A DNA stretch of 64,000 nt, taken from contig CAXXVS010000003.1 in assembly GCA_963674755.2 (NCBI GenBank), positions 1,472,001-1,536,000 on the forward strand. The letters are read 5' to 3'. Position 1 is the first letter of the stretch. Each line of letters begins with the position of its first letter. The DNA comes from Desulfobacterales bacterium (GTDB lineage: Bacteria > Desulfobacterota > Desulfobacteria > Desulfobacterales > UBA5852). Below, piece after piece: positions 12,010 to 22,230 of this stretch. A program made the translations under genes and the position numbers. The notes beneath the pieces were generated by a model. It had not been told where the DNA came from and did not search any database. It saw only the letters and a program-made list of their open reading frames with translations.

Positions 12010-14184
12010 TTAGTCGTGAATGTCTCCTGTGGACGCTGTCAAGCGTTCGGCCAAGACTTCGGCGATATGGCGGACGCTGAGCTTAAGGTTGTCGCTTTGG
12101 GCGCCGCCGCGCAGCTGCATGACGCAGCCCGGGCACTCGGTGACCAGGAGGTCGGCGCCGGTGGCCATGACGTCATCGAGCTTGCGCGCGAGGATTTGGG
12201 CCGAGATCTGGGGGAACTTGCCGGAATAGGTCCCCCCGAACCCGCAGCAGGTCTCCTCTTCGGCGGCCGGAAGGAAGTCGAACCCGGCGCTGGCGATGAG
12301 ACCGTGGGGGGCTTCGCGCTCCCCCAGCCCCCGGCACAGGTGGCAGGGGGCATGGTAGGTGACCTTGCGCCCGTCGGCCTGAAAGGCGTTTCGGTCGAGC
12401 TTGAGCACCCGGTGAGCGAACTGGCTAAACGTGAGCACCTTGGCCCCGAAGGCCTCTACCTCGGCCGCCTCCTTGGGATCGGCTGCCAAAGCCCGGGCAT
12501 AGCCGTGCTTTAAATGGGAGGCGCAGGAGGCGCACAGGGTCACGATATAATCAAAGGCCCGGTGGTCCACGGCGGCCATGTTCCGGCGGGCCACCTCCCG
12601 GGCGGCCGCCTTCTCCCCCATCATCTGCACCGGCAGCCCGCAGCAGGACTGCTCTTCCGGGAACGCCAGGGCGACCCCGTGACGGGCCAATAAGGTTACT
12701 GCCGCCTCCAGCTGCTCCGGATAGACAAAATCCTGCACGCAGCCGGCAAACAGCGCCACCCTAAAGCGGGGCTGGGCAACCTCCGGTTTAATGGCCGGCC
12801 AGCGGTCCCGAAAGGCCTGCTCGGCAATGGCCGGCAAGGCCCGGAAGTTGTGCTCGGCGGAAAACACCATGGGCAGGTGCCGCAGATAGGGTGTGCCCCC
12901 GGTGACCGGCTTCTGGGCCTGGCGGGCCGAGCGCAGCAGGCCGTGGAACAGCTTGCGGTTCTTGAGCGTCAGGGCCAGCATGCGGCCTGAGACCGAATGG
13001 CCCTCCTCGTCCTGGATGCGGGCGTGGATCTCCTTGATCAGATAGGGCAGGTCGATACCCGCCGCGCAGACCTCCTTGCAGGCCCCGCAGTTGATGCAGT
13101 TCTGCACCAGGTTTTTAGCCTTCTCCCGTCCGTGGAAGAAATAGGTGGCGATCAGCCCGATGGCCCCGATGTAGATATGCCCGTACTGGTGGCCCCCCAC
13201 CATGCGGTAGACCGGACAGACATTGGCACAGGCCCCGCAGCGCACGCAGCGCAGCACCTGGGAAAATTCCGGATCCCGGGCCAGGGCTCGCCGGCCGTTG
13301 TCCAGGAAAACGATGTGCATTGCCTTGCGGCCCTCCGGGGCGGCGGCGCAGGCGCTGGGTCCCGTGATCCAGGTCACATACGAGGTGATGGTCTGGCCGG
13401 TGGCGTTGCGCGGCAGGGCCCGGTTGATCCGAAGGGCGTCGTGTAAGGTCGGCACGAGTTTGTCCAGGCCGATCAGGGCCACGTGTACCCGCGGCAGGGT
13501 GGTCACCAGCCGCGCATTGCCCTCGTTGGTGGTCAGCCCGATGGTGCCCGTCGCGGCGATGGCGAAATTGGCGCCTGTAATTCCCATGTCGGCTTCCACG
13601 TACTTGCGCCGCAGCTCCCGGCGGGCCACCTTGACCAGACGCTCGATCTCGCTGTCCTGGGCCCTGCCGGTGACATCGGTAAACAGATCCGCCACCTGGT
13701 AGCGGGATAGATGGATAGCCGGCATCACCATGTGGGAGGGCCCCTCGTGGCGTAATTGGATGATCCATTCCCCCAGGTCGGTCTCGGTGACCTCCAGGCC
13801 TTCGGCCTCCAGGTGGTGGTTGAGAAGGGTCTCCTCGGCGGTCATGGACTTGGATTTGACGATGCGCCGGGAGTTGGTCTCCCGCGCGATATCGGCGATG
13901 ATGCGGTTGGCCGCATCGGCCGTTTCGGCCAGGTGCACCGTGACGCCGGCCTTTTCCGCGTTGGCCTTGAAGGTGGCATACAGGGCGTCCAACTGGCCGA
14001 TGGACTGGTCCTTTGCTTCAGCGATCTCATTCACCAGCGCTTTGATATCGATAGCGCCAAAGGCCTTGGCCCGCCCGCTGCGGTAGGCCACGGCGAACTT
14101 GTCCAGGGTCTCCCGCAGAAAGGTATTGTCCAGGGCGCCCCGGACCTCTTTCTTATAGGCTTTCAGGTTGCGCGCGGTCTGCAT
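12010..14184 (-). CDS. L-lactate dehydrogenase large subunit, LutB/LldF + CCG (LldE) fusion (LldH type)
   Basis: VKSKSMTAEE, ETDLGE, NEGNAR, CVRCGACANVCPVY, two CCG domains. Confidence 0.9.
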   Translation of the reverse strand: MQTARNLKAYKKEVRGALDNTFLRETLDKFAVAYRSGRAKAFGAIDIKALVNEIAEAKDQSIGQLDALYATFKANAEKAGVTVHLAETADAANRIIADIARETNSRRIVKSKSMTAEETLLNHHLEAEGLEVTETDLGEWIIQLRHEGPSHMVMPAIHLSRYQVADLFTDVTGRAQDSEIERLVKVARRELRRKYVEADMGITGANFAIAATGTIGLTTNEGNARLVTTLPRVHVALIGLDKLVPTLHDALRINRALPRNATGQTITSYVTWITGPSACAAAPEGRKAMHIVFLDNGRRALARDPEFSQVLRCVRCGACANVCPVYRMVGGHQYGHIYIGAIGLIATYFFHGREKAKNLVQNCINCGACKEVCAAGIDLPYLIKEIHARIQDEEGHSVSGRMLALTLKNRKLFHGLLRSARQAQKPVTGGTPYLRHLPMVFSAEHNFRALPAIAEQAFRDRWPAIKPEVAQPRFRVALFAGCVQDFVYPEQLEAAVTLLARHGVALAFPEEQSCCGLPVQMMGEKAAAREVARRNMAAVDHRAFDYIVTLCASCASHLKHGYARALAADPKEAAEVEAFGAKVLTFSQFAHRVLKLDRNAFQADGRKVTYHAPCHLCRGLGEREAPHGLIASAGFDFLPAAEEETCCGFGGTYSGKFPQISAQILARKLDDVMATGADLLVTECPGCVMQLRGGAQSDNLKLSVRHIAEVLAERLTASTGDIHD

Positions 14185-14813
14185 CAGGCGTCCTCCCGGA
14201 TTAAGATGTGAAGTTCAAGGGGGCCGTGGACCCCCAGGGCCAGCACCCGCTCGATGTCCGCCGTGCGGCTGGCCCCGGTGATAAAGGCCGTGTAGTCGGG
14301 CGCCTGCTGCATGCGCCGGGTAAGATCGGCTTCCACGTCATAGGCGGATGCCCACAGGCAGGAGCGAGGCAGCACCGCCACGTGGATTTCGCTGATCATG
14401 GTGGCCAGGCGGATGTCCTCATTGCGGGAGTCGATCACCAGGGTGCCGGTATCGGCCAGGCCGAAGTCCGCATAGGTCAGGCCGATGTCGATGCCGGCCA
14501 GATGCGCCCGCAGCCCCTCCGTGGTGACCCGGATGCCGCTGGCGGCGCAGCGTTCGCTCAAAAGGCCCACCTCCTCCCGGGGCAGGCCCGGGGCTGCGAT
14601 CACCTTGGTTTGTTTGGTCTCGCAAAGCGTTTCGGCCGGAGGTGAAAGGGATGTCTCGCAGCCCGCCATCAACAGCTGGCAGGCTTCCTTGCCCTCGCAT
14701 AAATCCACCACGTAATCCAAGACCGCATCCGCCGAGGATACCCGGCGCACCACCGCCGATACCGATTCGGCCTTCTGAATGAAAAGCGTCATCATTTCAT
14801 CATGTTGATGCAT
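14184..14813 (-). CDS. Lactate utilization protein LutC/LldG
   Basis: LADTGTLV, FITGASRTADIERVLALGVHGP; AAGGAG RBS before ATG 14813. Confidence 0.9.
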   Translation of the reverse strand: MHQHDEMMTLFIQKAESVSAVVRRVSSADAVLDYVVDLCEGKEACQLLMAGCETSLSPPAETLCETKQTKVIAAPGLPREEVGLLSERCAASGIRVTTEGLRAHLAGIDIGLTYADFGLADTGTLVIDSRNEDIRLATMISEIHVAVLPRSCLWASAYDVEADLTRRMQQAPDYTAFITGASRTADIERVLALGVHGPLELHILIREDA

Positions 14814-14875
14814 CGTCTTGCTCTCCTTTGTCAGTAGACGGTGGCCGCCTGCGCGGCCACCGTAAAAGAGGTCGC

Positions 14876-16591
14876 CTATTTCGCGGCCGCCTGGAGAAAG
14901 GCGCTCAGCGGATCCTGGTAGCCAAAGACATAGATGGCCAACAGGCCGATGATGCCGGTCAACGTGCAGTAATAGATCGTAGGAATAATCGTTCGACGCA
15001 AGGTGATCCCTTCCTGACCTAGCAGCCCCACCGTCGCCGAAGCGGCCACGACGTTGTGAATACAGAACATGTTGCCGGCCGCCGCTCCCACCGCTTGCAA
15101 CGCCACCACCAGGGAGCCGGAGATCATCAGGTTCTCGGCCACCCCGTGCTGGAAGAGGCTGAACATCAGGTTGCTGACCGTGTTGCTGCCGGCGATAAAC
15201 GCGCCCAGGGCGCCGATAAAGGGGGCGAAAAAGGGCCACACATAACCGACATTGGCCGCCACCCACTGGGCCATGGCAAGCGGCATGCTGGCATAGCCCG
15301 CCGTGTTGACCCCCGAATTGATGTAGACCCGCACCATGGGAATTGTAAAGATCAAAACGAAACCCGCCCCCAGCAGGATCTTGCTGGATTCTTTGACCGC
15401 CGCGCCCAGTTCCTTACTGCTCATGTGGTGCAGGAAAAAGGTGATGATGACCACGAAGAGCAGCATGGCGCCGGGCAGGTAGAGGGGGGCGCTGGAGCCG
15501 GTGATGCCGGTGCCCAGAATATCGCTCCATTTGATGGCGACACTGCTGAGCCAGCCCCCCAAAGGCAACTGCCGCAGGCGGCTCAACACCAGAACGAGGG
15601 CCACCAGCACATAGGGGGTCCAGGCCAGGATAAGATTCATCGGCTTCTTGGCGGTCAGGGACTCCAGGCTGATTTCCATATCCGATACCCAGCCCTTCTG
15701 CCACTCCTCCCGCGGCGGAAAATCCCAGACGTCCTTGGGCACCAGAAACCCTTTCACTGCGCAGAAAGACATAATGGCCAGGCCCACCAGAGCCCCGATC
15801 AGGGATGGAAATTCCGGTCCTAGAAAAATGCCTGTCAACACATAGGGCACCGTGAAGGCCAGACCGCCCAGAATGGTGAAAGGCAAAATCGAAAGACCCT
15901 CGGTCCAGGATTTGTTCTTACCGAAAAAGCGCGTCATCATGATCACCATGAAGGTCGGAATCAGGGTGCCGCAAATGGCATGGATGATAGCACTCTGGGC
16001 GGTAATCAGCTGCAGGTAGTCGTTGAAATTCATGCCCACCTGGGCCAGCTGGGCCGTCAGTTCGGGGCTCTCCAGCCCGCCCTTGACCCCGATCAGAATC
16101 GGCGTTCCCACCGCTCCGAAGGTCACCGGTGTGCTCTGGATCATCATTCCGATCATGACCGCGGCCATGGCCGGAAAACCGACCGCCACCATGAGGGGCG
16201 CGGCAATCGCCGCCGGCGTGCCGAAACCCGAGGAGCCCTCGATAAAGGCCCCGAACAGCCAGGCGATCAGGACGAGCTGCACCCGCCGGTCCGGGCTGAT
16301 GTTGGCAAAACCGGAACGGATGGCGGTAATGGCCCCCGAATGCTTGAGGGTGTTGAGCAGCAGAATGGCGCCGAAGATGATGTACAAAATGTTGACCGTC
16401 AGAAAGAGACCCTGGATGGTGGAGGCCACCACACGCACCGTATCCACCTTCCAGAAACCGATGGCCACCACCACCGCCACCACGTAACAAATGGGCATGG
16501 CCCGCTTGGCCGGCCAGCGAAATCCCACCAGGAGCACGGCCGCCGTCAAAATCGGCAACACCGCTAAAAATGATTGTAGTCCTAGACTCAT
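14876..16591 (-). CDS. lctP: L-lactate permease (LctP family)
   Basis: Multi-TM protein with FIEGSSGFGTP, FGAVGTPI, GSNTVSNLMF motifs. Confidence 0.93.
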   Translation of the reverse strand: MSLGLQSFLAVLPILTAAVLLVGFRWPAKRAMPICYVVAVVVAIGFWKVDTVRVVASTIQGLFLTVNILYIIFGAILLLNTLKHSGAITAIRSGFANISPDRRVQLVLIAWLFGAFIEGSSGFGTPAAIAAPLMVAVGFPAMAAVMIGMMIQSTPVTFGAVGTPILIGVKGGLESPELTAQLAQVGMNFNDYLQLITAQSAIIHAICGTLIPTFMVIMMTRFFGKNKSWTEGLSILPFTILGGLAFTVPYVLTGIFLGPEFPSLIGALVGLAIMSFCAVKGFLVPKDVWDFPPREEWQKGWVSDMEISLESLTAKKPMNLILAWTPYVLVALVLVLSRLRQLPLGGWLSSVAIKWSDILGTGITGSSAPLYLPGAMLLFVVIITFFLHHMSSKELGAAVKESSKILLGAGFVLIFTIPMVRVYINSGVNTAGYASMPLAMAQWVAANVGYVWPFFAPFIGALGAFIAGSNTVSNLMFSLFQHGVAENLMISGSLVVALQAVGAAAGNMFCIHNVVAASATVGLLGQEGITLRRTIIPTIYYCTLTGIIGLLAIYVFGYQDPLSAFLQAAAK

Positions 16592-16750
16592 GGATGACCT
16601 CCTTAGGTAAAGAAATTTTGCTTAACCTCTCCTATGTGCCATTTGACAGCCGTCAGTGGGCTGCCTCTTCTGTGCCATGGCAGGGGGGATGCGGCCGGTG
16701 CCCATAACCCAGGAAAAATCCACAAAAAATATCCATATGGTTTTATGGTT

Positions 16751-16765
16751 ATTGGTATGACCTTT
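16751..16765. promoter_or_regulatory. FadR/LldR-type operator 1
   Basis: ATTGGTATGACCTTT, GGT-N3-ACC core typical of LldR/PdhR boxes. Confidence 0.65.
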
Positions 16766-16904
16766 ATTACGACTATTTTTAATAGCCTGTCAATAACATT
16801 AAAATAAGGTTGCAATAATATATTAAAATAATATATATCAAGGATATACCGCATAATTCTTATTTTTCGGCAATATTGCCGCCGCCCATAAAGGATTAGT
16901 GGAT

Positions 16905-16919
16905 ATAGGTAATACCAAT
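16905..16919. promoter_or_regulatory. FadR/LldR-type operator 2
   Basis: ATAGGTAATACCAAT; its reverse complement matches operator 1 at 13/15. Confidence 0.65.
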
Positions 16920-16935
16920 AAATTCAGGAGGCGTT

Positions 16936-18324
16936 ATGGCACTAAAATCGGTTGTAAAGGAATTTTCAGCGATCGTTGGGGCAGAGAATGTTTTTACCGC
17001 TTCGGCCGACTTGGCCACCTATGCTTACGATGCAGCGGTTTTGGATCAGGTGGTTCCCTCACTGGTGGTCCGCCCTACGAACAGCGAAAGTCTTGGCAAG
17101 GTGGTGCGCCTTTGCAATGAAAACCGGCTTCCCCTTACCGTGCGGGGTGCCGGCACCAACCTGAGCGGTGGAACGATTCCCCAGCGCGAGGGGGTGGTGG
17201 TGCTGACCAACGGCCTCAATCGAATTCTTGAAATCAATGAGGCGGATCTTTACGCCCGGGTTCAGCCCGGCGTGGTCACCGCCAAACTGGCGGCCGCCGT
17301 GGAAGCTAAGGGGTTGTTCTACCCGCCGGACCCCGGCAGCATGGCGGTGTCGACCCTGGGCGGGAATGTGGCGGAGAACGCCGGCGGGCTGCGGGGCCTT
17401 AAATATGGGGTTACCCGGGATTATGTCATGGGGCTCGATTTTTTCGACGTGGACGGCGGACTGGTGAAAACCGGCGGACGTACTGTGAAGTGCGTCAGTG
17501 GTTACAATCTGACCGGGCTGATGGTCGCTTCGGAGGGCACCCTGGGCGTATTCAACGAGATCATTCTTAAACTGATTCCCCTGCCGACCTACCGCAAGGC
17601 CCTGATGGCGGTATTCGATTCCATGGGGCAGGCGTCCGAAGCGGTGGCGGCCATCATTGCCAATCGGGTGGTGCCGGCCACCCTGGAATTCCTCGATAAC
17701 TTCACGATCCGGGCCGTGGAGGATTTCAGCCACGTGGGGCTGCCCCTGGATGCCGGGGCCATCCTGCTGGTCGAGTGCGACGGATATCCCGGGCAGGTGG
17801 ACGAGGATTCCGCCAAGGTGGAGAAAATTTGTCAGGAGCTTGGCGCCACCTCGATTCGGGCGGCCAAGGATGCCAAGGAACGGGACGATGTGTGGGCGGC
17901 CCGGCGGGCGGCCTTGTCGGCTCTGGCCAAGCTCAAGCCCACCCTGGTGCTGGAGGATGCCACCGTGCCGAGGAGCAAAATTCCGGCCATGATCCATGCG
18001 CTCGAGCAGATCAGCAAGGAGTTCGATCTGACCATCGGTACCTTCGGCCATGCCGGCGACGGCAACCTGCATCCGACCATTTTGACCGATCGCCGGGACA
18101 CCCGGGAATGGGCGCGGGTGGAAGCCGCCATCGAAGCGATTTTCGACCGGGCCCTGGCCCTGGGCGGCACGCTGTCCGGTGAGCATGGGATCGGGATTGC
18201 CAAGTCGAAATTCCTGGAGCAGGAGACCAGCGCGGCCACCATCGTGTACTCCCGGCGCATCAAGGCGGCCCTGGACCCCAGGAACATCCTCAACCCCGGC
18301 AAGATCATAGGAGGCAAGGCATGA
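16936..18324 (+). CDS. FAD-linked oxidase GlcD-type, probable D-lactate dehydrogenase flavin subunit
   Basis: RGAGTNLSGG, YPPDPGS, NAGGLRGLKYG, GHAGDGNLH, SGEHGIG, LNPGK. Confidence 0.9.
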   Translation: MALKSVVKEFSAIVGAENVFTASADLATYAYDAAVLDQVVPSLVVRPTNSESLGKVVRLCNENRLPLTVRGAGTNLSGGTIPQREGVVVLTNGLNRILEINEADLYARVQPGVVTAKLAAAVEAKGLFYPPDPGSMAVSTLGGNVAENAGGLRGLKYGVTRDYVMGLDFFDVDGGLVKTGGRTVKCVSGYNLTGLMVASEGTLGVFNEIILKLIPLPTYRKALMAVFDSMGQASEAVAAIIANRVVPATLEFLDNFTIRAVEDFSHVGLPLDAGAILLVECDGYPGQVDEDSAKVEKICQELGATSIRAAKDAKERDDVWAARRAALSALAKLKPTLVLEDATVPRSKIPAMIHALEQISKEFDLTIGTFGHAGDGNLHPTILTDRRDTREWARVEAAIEAIFDRALALGGTLSGEHGIGIAKSKFLEQETSAATIVYSRRIKAALDPRNILNPGKIIGGKA

Positions 18325-19616
18325 ATCGCATGAATGAGCTGGCCCGCATGATGAAGGAACTCGAAGACCAGATGACGGTCTGCATGAAATGCGGCATGTG
18401 CCAGGCGGTTTGCCCACTGTTTGCGGATACCGGACGCGAAGCGGACGTGGCCCGGGGCAAGCTGGCGCTGCTGGACGGTTTGCTGCATGAAATGTTCGAG
18501 GATCCCGAAGGGGTTTCCGACCGTCTGAATAAATGTCTGCTTTGCGGTTCTTGTGCCGCCAATTGCCCCAGTGGTGTCAATGTGTTGGAGATTTTCATTA
18601 AGGCCCGGGCGATCCTGGCGGGCTTTCAGGGGCTGCCTCCGGCCAAGAAGGTCATTTTCCGGGGGATGTTGGCCCACCCGGAACTGTTTGACAAAGTAGG
18701 GGAGTGGGGCGCCAGATTCCAGAAACTGTTCACCAAGCCCGCCAACGAGGTGATCGGTACCTCCTGCGCGCGGATCCGGTCCCCGCTGATCGGCGACCGG
18801 CACTTCCGCCCCCTGGCCGAAACGCCCTTTCACAATAAACTGCCGGAATTGCACACGGCAACCGGCTCCTCCGGCCTCAAGGTGGCTTTTTATGTAGGCT
18901 GTCTGGCCGACAAGATCTTCCCGTCCCTGGCCCAGGCCACGGTGGATGTTCTGGCCCACCACGGGGTGGGGGTCTTTATGCCCGCCAATCAGGCCTGCTG
19001 CGGCATTCCGGCCGTTTCTTCGGGAGACACGGACACCTTCCAGAAGCTGGTGCGCCATAATCTCCGGCAGTTGGCCGCCGAGGAGTTCGACTATCTGGTG
19101 ACCTCCTGCGCCACCTGCACCTCCACCATCAAGGAAATCTGGCCCATGATGGCCCGGGCGGATCACGGACTCCGGGAAGCCGCCCGGCACCTGGCAGATA
19201 AGACTTTAGATATTCACCAGTTTCTGGTATCCAAGGTCGGTGTCCGAGATGTGGCGCCCGGCAATGGTGACCGGACGGTCACCTACCATGATCCCTGCCA
19301 TTTGAAAAAATCGCTCAAGGTTTTTGCCGAACCCCGCGCCATTCTCAACGCCAGCCGCGGGTATCGCCTCAAGGAGATGAGCGAATCCGACTGGTGCTGC
19401 GGCATGGGCGGCAGCTTCAATGTCCAGTATTACGAAATTTCCAGCCATATCGGAGAACGCAAGCGGAACAACATCGTGGCCACCGGCTGCGATGTTGTGG
19501 CCACGGGCTGCCCGGCCTGCATGATGCAGATTTCCGACGCGCTCTCCCAGGCCGGAGATCGGATCGCGGTGAAGCATCCGATAGAAATTTATGCGGAGTC
19601 GTTAAACGCTCAATGA
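18321..19616 (+). CDS. GlcF-type Fe-S/CCG subunit of D-lactate dehydrogenase
   Basis: CMKCGMCQAVCP, CLLCGSCAANCP, two CCG domains; ATGA overlap with the upstream gene. Confidence 0.9.
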   Translation: MNRMNELARMMKELEDQMTVCMKCGMCQAVCPLFADTGREADVARGKLALLDGLLHEMFEDPEGVSDRLNKCLLCGSCAANCPSGVNVLEIFIKARAILAGFQGLPPAKKVIFRGMLAHPELFDKVGEWGARFQKLFTKPANEVIGTSCARIRSPLIGDRHFRPLAETPFHNKLPELHTATGSSGLKVAFYVGCLADKIFPSLAQATVDVLAHHGVGVFMPANQACCGIPAVSSGDTDTFQKLVRHNLRQLAAEEFDYLVTSCATCTSTIKEIWPMMARADHGLREAARHLADKTLDIHQFLVSKVGVRDVAPGNGDRTVTYHDPCHLKKSLKVFAEPRAILNASRGYRLKEMSESDWCCGMGGSFNVQYYEISSHIGERKRNNIVATGCDVVATGCPACMMQISDALSQAGDRIAVKHPIEIYAESLNAQ

Positions 19617-20371
19617 AGACATCCCTAAAACCGATCAAGCCCAAAAACATTTCCGATCAGGTGTTCGAACAGCTGCGGGACCTCATTTACCGCGGCGAAT
19701 TGCGCCCCGGCGACCAAGTGCTGCCCGAAAGAGATCTTTCCCTGGCGTTGGGCGTGAGTCGCACCACGGTGCGCAACGCCATCAACAAATTGGTGGTGCT
19801 GGGGCTCCTGGAACACAAGCAGGGCCAGGGAACGTTCGTGCGTCATCCCGATACCCGGACCCGACATCCCCTGGCTGAGGCCCTGCGGATGGAGATGGAA
19901 GGGGCGACCTTCGAGGACCTCCTGGAAGTACGCATGGGGCTGGAGTGCAATGCCGCGATGCTGGCCGGCAAGCGTGCGGACGAAGAAGACATCAATCATA
20001 TGATCGACTGCCTGGAGGCCATGGAAGAGGATTTTCGCCAGCATGGAAAGAACATCAATCCGGATGTGGATGCCGATTTTCACATGGCCATCGCTTACGC
20101 CACCAAGAATCCGGTGCATATTTACGTCATGAAGAATTTTCATGATTTTCTTTTTGTGGGCATCCAGGAAAACCTGCGCCTGCTATATGAGGACGCCAAA
20201 AACATCGAGGAGGTCTTGGCCCAGCACCGCAAAGTATTCGACGCGATCCAGCGCCGCGACCCGGAGATGGCCTTCAGCGCCATGAAGCTGCACATCCGCT
20301 ACGTCTTGCTGTTTTTCCGGGATCACAATAGCAAAACCTGGCTGGATAAGATCCGTGTGACAGACTCCTGA
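19613..20371 (+). CDS. GntR/FadR-family transcriptional regulator (probable lactate regulator)
   Basis: LPERDL..LGVSRTTVR wHTH, QGQGTFV, FCD domain DADFH..N. Confidence 0.92.
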   Translation: MKTSLKPIKPKNISDQVFEQLRDLIYRGELRPGDQVLPERDLSLALGVSRTTVRNAINKLVVLGLLEHKQGQGTFVRHPDTRTRHPLAEALRMEMEGATFEDLLEVRMGLECNAAMLAGKRADEEDINHMIDCLEAMEEDFRQHGKNINPDVDADFHMAIAYATKNPVHIYVMKNFHDFLFVGIQENLRLLYEDAKNIEEVLAQHRKVFDAIQRRDPEMAFSAMKLHIRYVLLFFRDHNSKTWLDKIRVTDS

Positions 20372-20392
20372 TCCCAATTGCGTTTCAGACCA

Positions 20393-20436
20393 AAACCATA
20401 CGGCTTGCCGGCGATTGCCGGCAGGCCGTATGGTTT
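20393..20436. terminator. Bidirectional terminator hairpin
   Basis: AAACCATACGGCTTGCCGGC-gatt-GCCGGCAGGCCGTATGGTTT between convergent genes. Confidence 0.8.
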
Positions 20437-20466
20437 ATCAGGGCAAGATTGCGTGGGGGGAGAAGC

Positions 20467-22077
20467 CTAAAGCAAGCTCTCGAAGAAATCGTTGCCCTTG
20501 TCGTCGATCAGGATGAAGGCCGGGAAGTCTTTGACCGTGATCATGTAGATGGCCTCCATGCCCAGCTCCGGGAAGGCCACGACCTCCACGTTGGTGATGC
20601 ATTCCTTGCCCAGACGGGCGGCCGGACCGCCGATGGAGCCCAGGTAGAAGCCGCCGTATTGCTGGCAGGCGTCCAGGACCTGCCTGGAGCGGTTGCCCTT
20701 GGCCAGCATGACCATGGAAGCCCCGCGGGCCTGAAAGAGGGGCACATAGGGATCCATGCGGGCGGCCGTGGTGGGACCGAAAGCGCCGGAAGCATAGCCC
20801 GGCGGGGTTTTGGCCGGTCCGGCATAGTAGATGATGTGGTTCCTGATGTAGTCCGGCAGGTCCTCGCCCCGATCGAGCATCTCCTTGAGTTTGGCATGGG
20901 CGATGTCCCGGGCCACCACGATTTTGCCGGTCAGCAAGAGGGGGGTGGCCACCGGGTATTGGGTGAGGGTGGCGCGGATGGCCTCCATGGGTTGGTCGAG
21001 GTCGATGGCCACGGCGTCGTTCATGGCCAGGCCGGGTTCCGGCAGAAAACGGGCCGGATCGGTGTCGAGCTTTTCGAGGAAGACGCCCGCGGGGGTGATC
21101 TTGGCCTTGATGTTGCGGTCGGCGCTGCAGCTGACGCCGATGCCGATGGGGCAGGAGGCGCCATGGCGCGGCAGGCGGACGATACGCACGTCGTGGCAGA
21201 AGTATTTGCCGCCGAACTGGGCGCCGATGCCCAGATCCCGGGAAATCTGCAGAACTTCTTCCTCCAGGGCCATATCCCGGAAGGCGTGGCCGCCGGCACT
21301 GCCCTGGGTGGGCAGGGCATCGAGGTAGCCGGCCGAGGCCAGTTTGACGGTTTTAAGGGTCATCTCGGCCGAGGTGCCGCCGATCACGATGGCCAGGTGG
21401 TAGGGCGGGCAGGCGGCCGTTCCCAGGCTTTTCATCTTGGCGGTGATAAAGGGGATCAGGGTGTCGGGGTTCAGGACAGCCTTGGTCTCCTGGTAGAGGT
21501 AGGTCTTGTTGGCCGAACCGCCGCCCTTGGCCACGAAGAGAAATTTGTAGCTGTCCCCGGGGGTGGCGTAGAGCTCGATCTGGGCCGGCAGGTTGCAGGC
21601 CGTATTTTTTTCATCGAACATGCTCAAGGGGGCGTTCTGGGAATAGCGCAGGTTGTTGCGCGTATAGGCATTGAAAACGCCCCGGGCGATGGCCGCTTCA
21701 TCGGCGTCGCCGGTGGTCCACACCTGCTGGCCCTTTTTCCCCATGACGATGGCTGTTCCGGTATCCTGGCACATGGGAAATTCTCCCTCGGCCGAAATGA
21801 CGGCGTTCTTCAGCATCTCCAGGGCCACGAAGCGGTCGTTCTGGGAGGCTTCCGGATCATCCAGAATGCGCCGCAGGGATTCGAGATGGCGGGTCCGGTA
21901 CAGGTGGGACACGTCTCGGAAGGCTTCTTCCGTCAGGGCGGTCAGGGCCTCCGGTTGAATGATGGTCATATCCCGACCCTCGAAACTGGCTTGCGTGATT
22001 CCGTCCTGGGTGATGAGGCGGTATTCGGTGTCGTCCTTTCCCAGCGGGAACATGTCCTGGTAGCTGAATTCGGTCAT
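20467..22077 (-). CDS. Class I (Fe-S) fumarate hydratase
   Basis: [62 protein letters not shown]. Confidence 0.95.
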   Translation of the reverse strand: MTEFSYQDMFPLGKDDTEYRLITQDGITQASFEGRDMTIIQPEALTALTEEAFRDVSHLYRTRHLESLRRILDDPEASQNDRFVALEMLKNAVISAEGEFPMCQDTGTAIVMGKKGQQVWTTGDADEAAIARGVFNAYTRNNLRYSQNAPLSMFDEKNTACNLPAQIELYATPGDSYKFLFVAKGGGSANKTYLYQETKAVLNPDTLIPFITAKMKSLGTAACPPYHLAIVIGGTSAEMTLKTVKLASAGYLDALPTQGSAGGHAFRDMALEEEVLQISRDLGIGAQFGGKYFCHDVRIVRLPRHGASCPIGIGVSCSADRNIKAKITPAGVFLEKLDTDPARFLPEPGLAMNDAVAIDLDQPMEAIRATLTQYPVATPLLLTGKIVVARDIAHAKLKEMLDRGEDLPDYIRNHIIYYAGPAKTPPGYASGAFGPTTAARMDPYVPLFQARGASMVMLAKGNRSRQVLDACQQYGGFYLGSIGGPAARLGKECITNVEVVAFPELGMEAIYMITVKDFPAFILIDDKGNDFFESLL

Positions 22078-22230
22078 CGCGAGAACTCCTCCTTGTAAAA
22101 AAGCCCCCGCATCGTGCGGCGGCTGAATTTCGGGATAAGGCCGACTCCGCCGATCGTTCCATCGGCAAAACCCCGCCTTCGGCAGGGCCAAGTTAGCTGT
22201 GCCGGATGTTATGGCCCTGCGGCGGATCCG

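Noticed and set aside
14184..15266. 360-aa version of LutC
   Set aside because: The N-terminal extension overlaps the permease in another frame; the RBS supports ATG 14813
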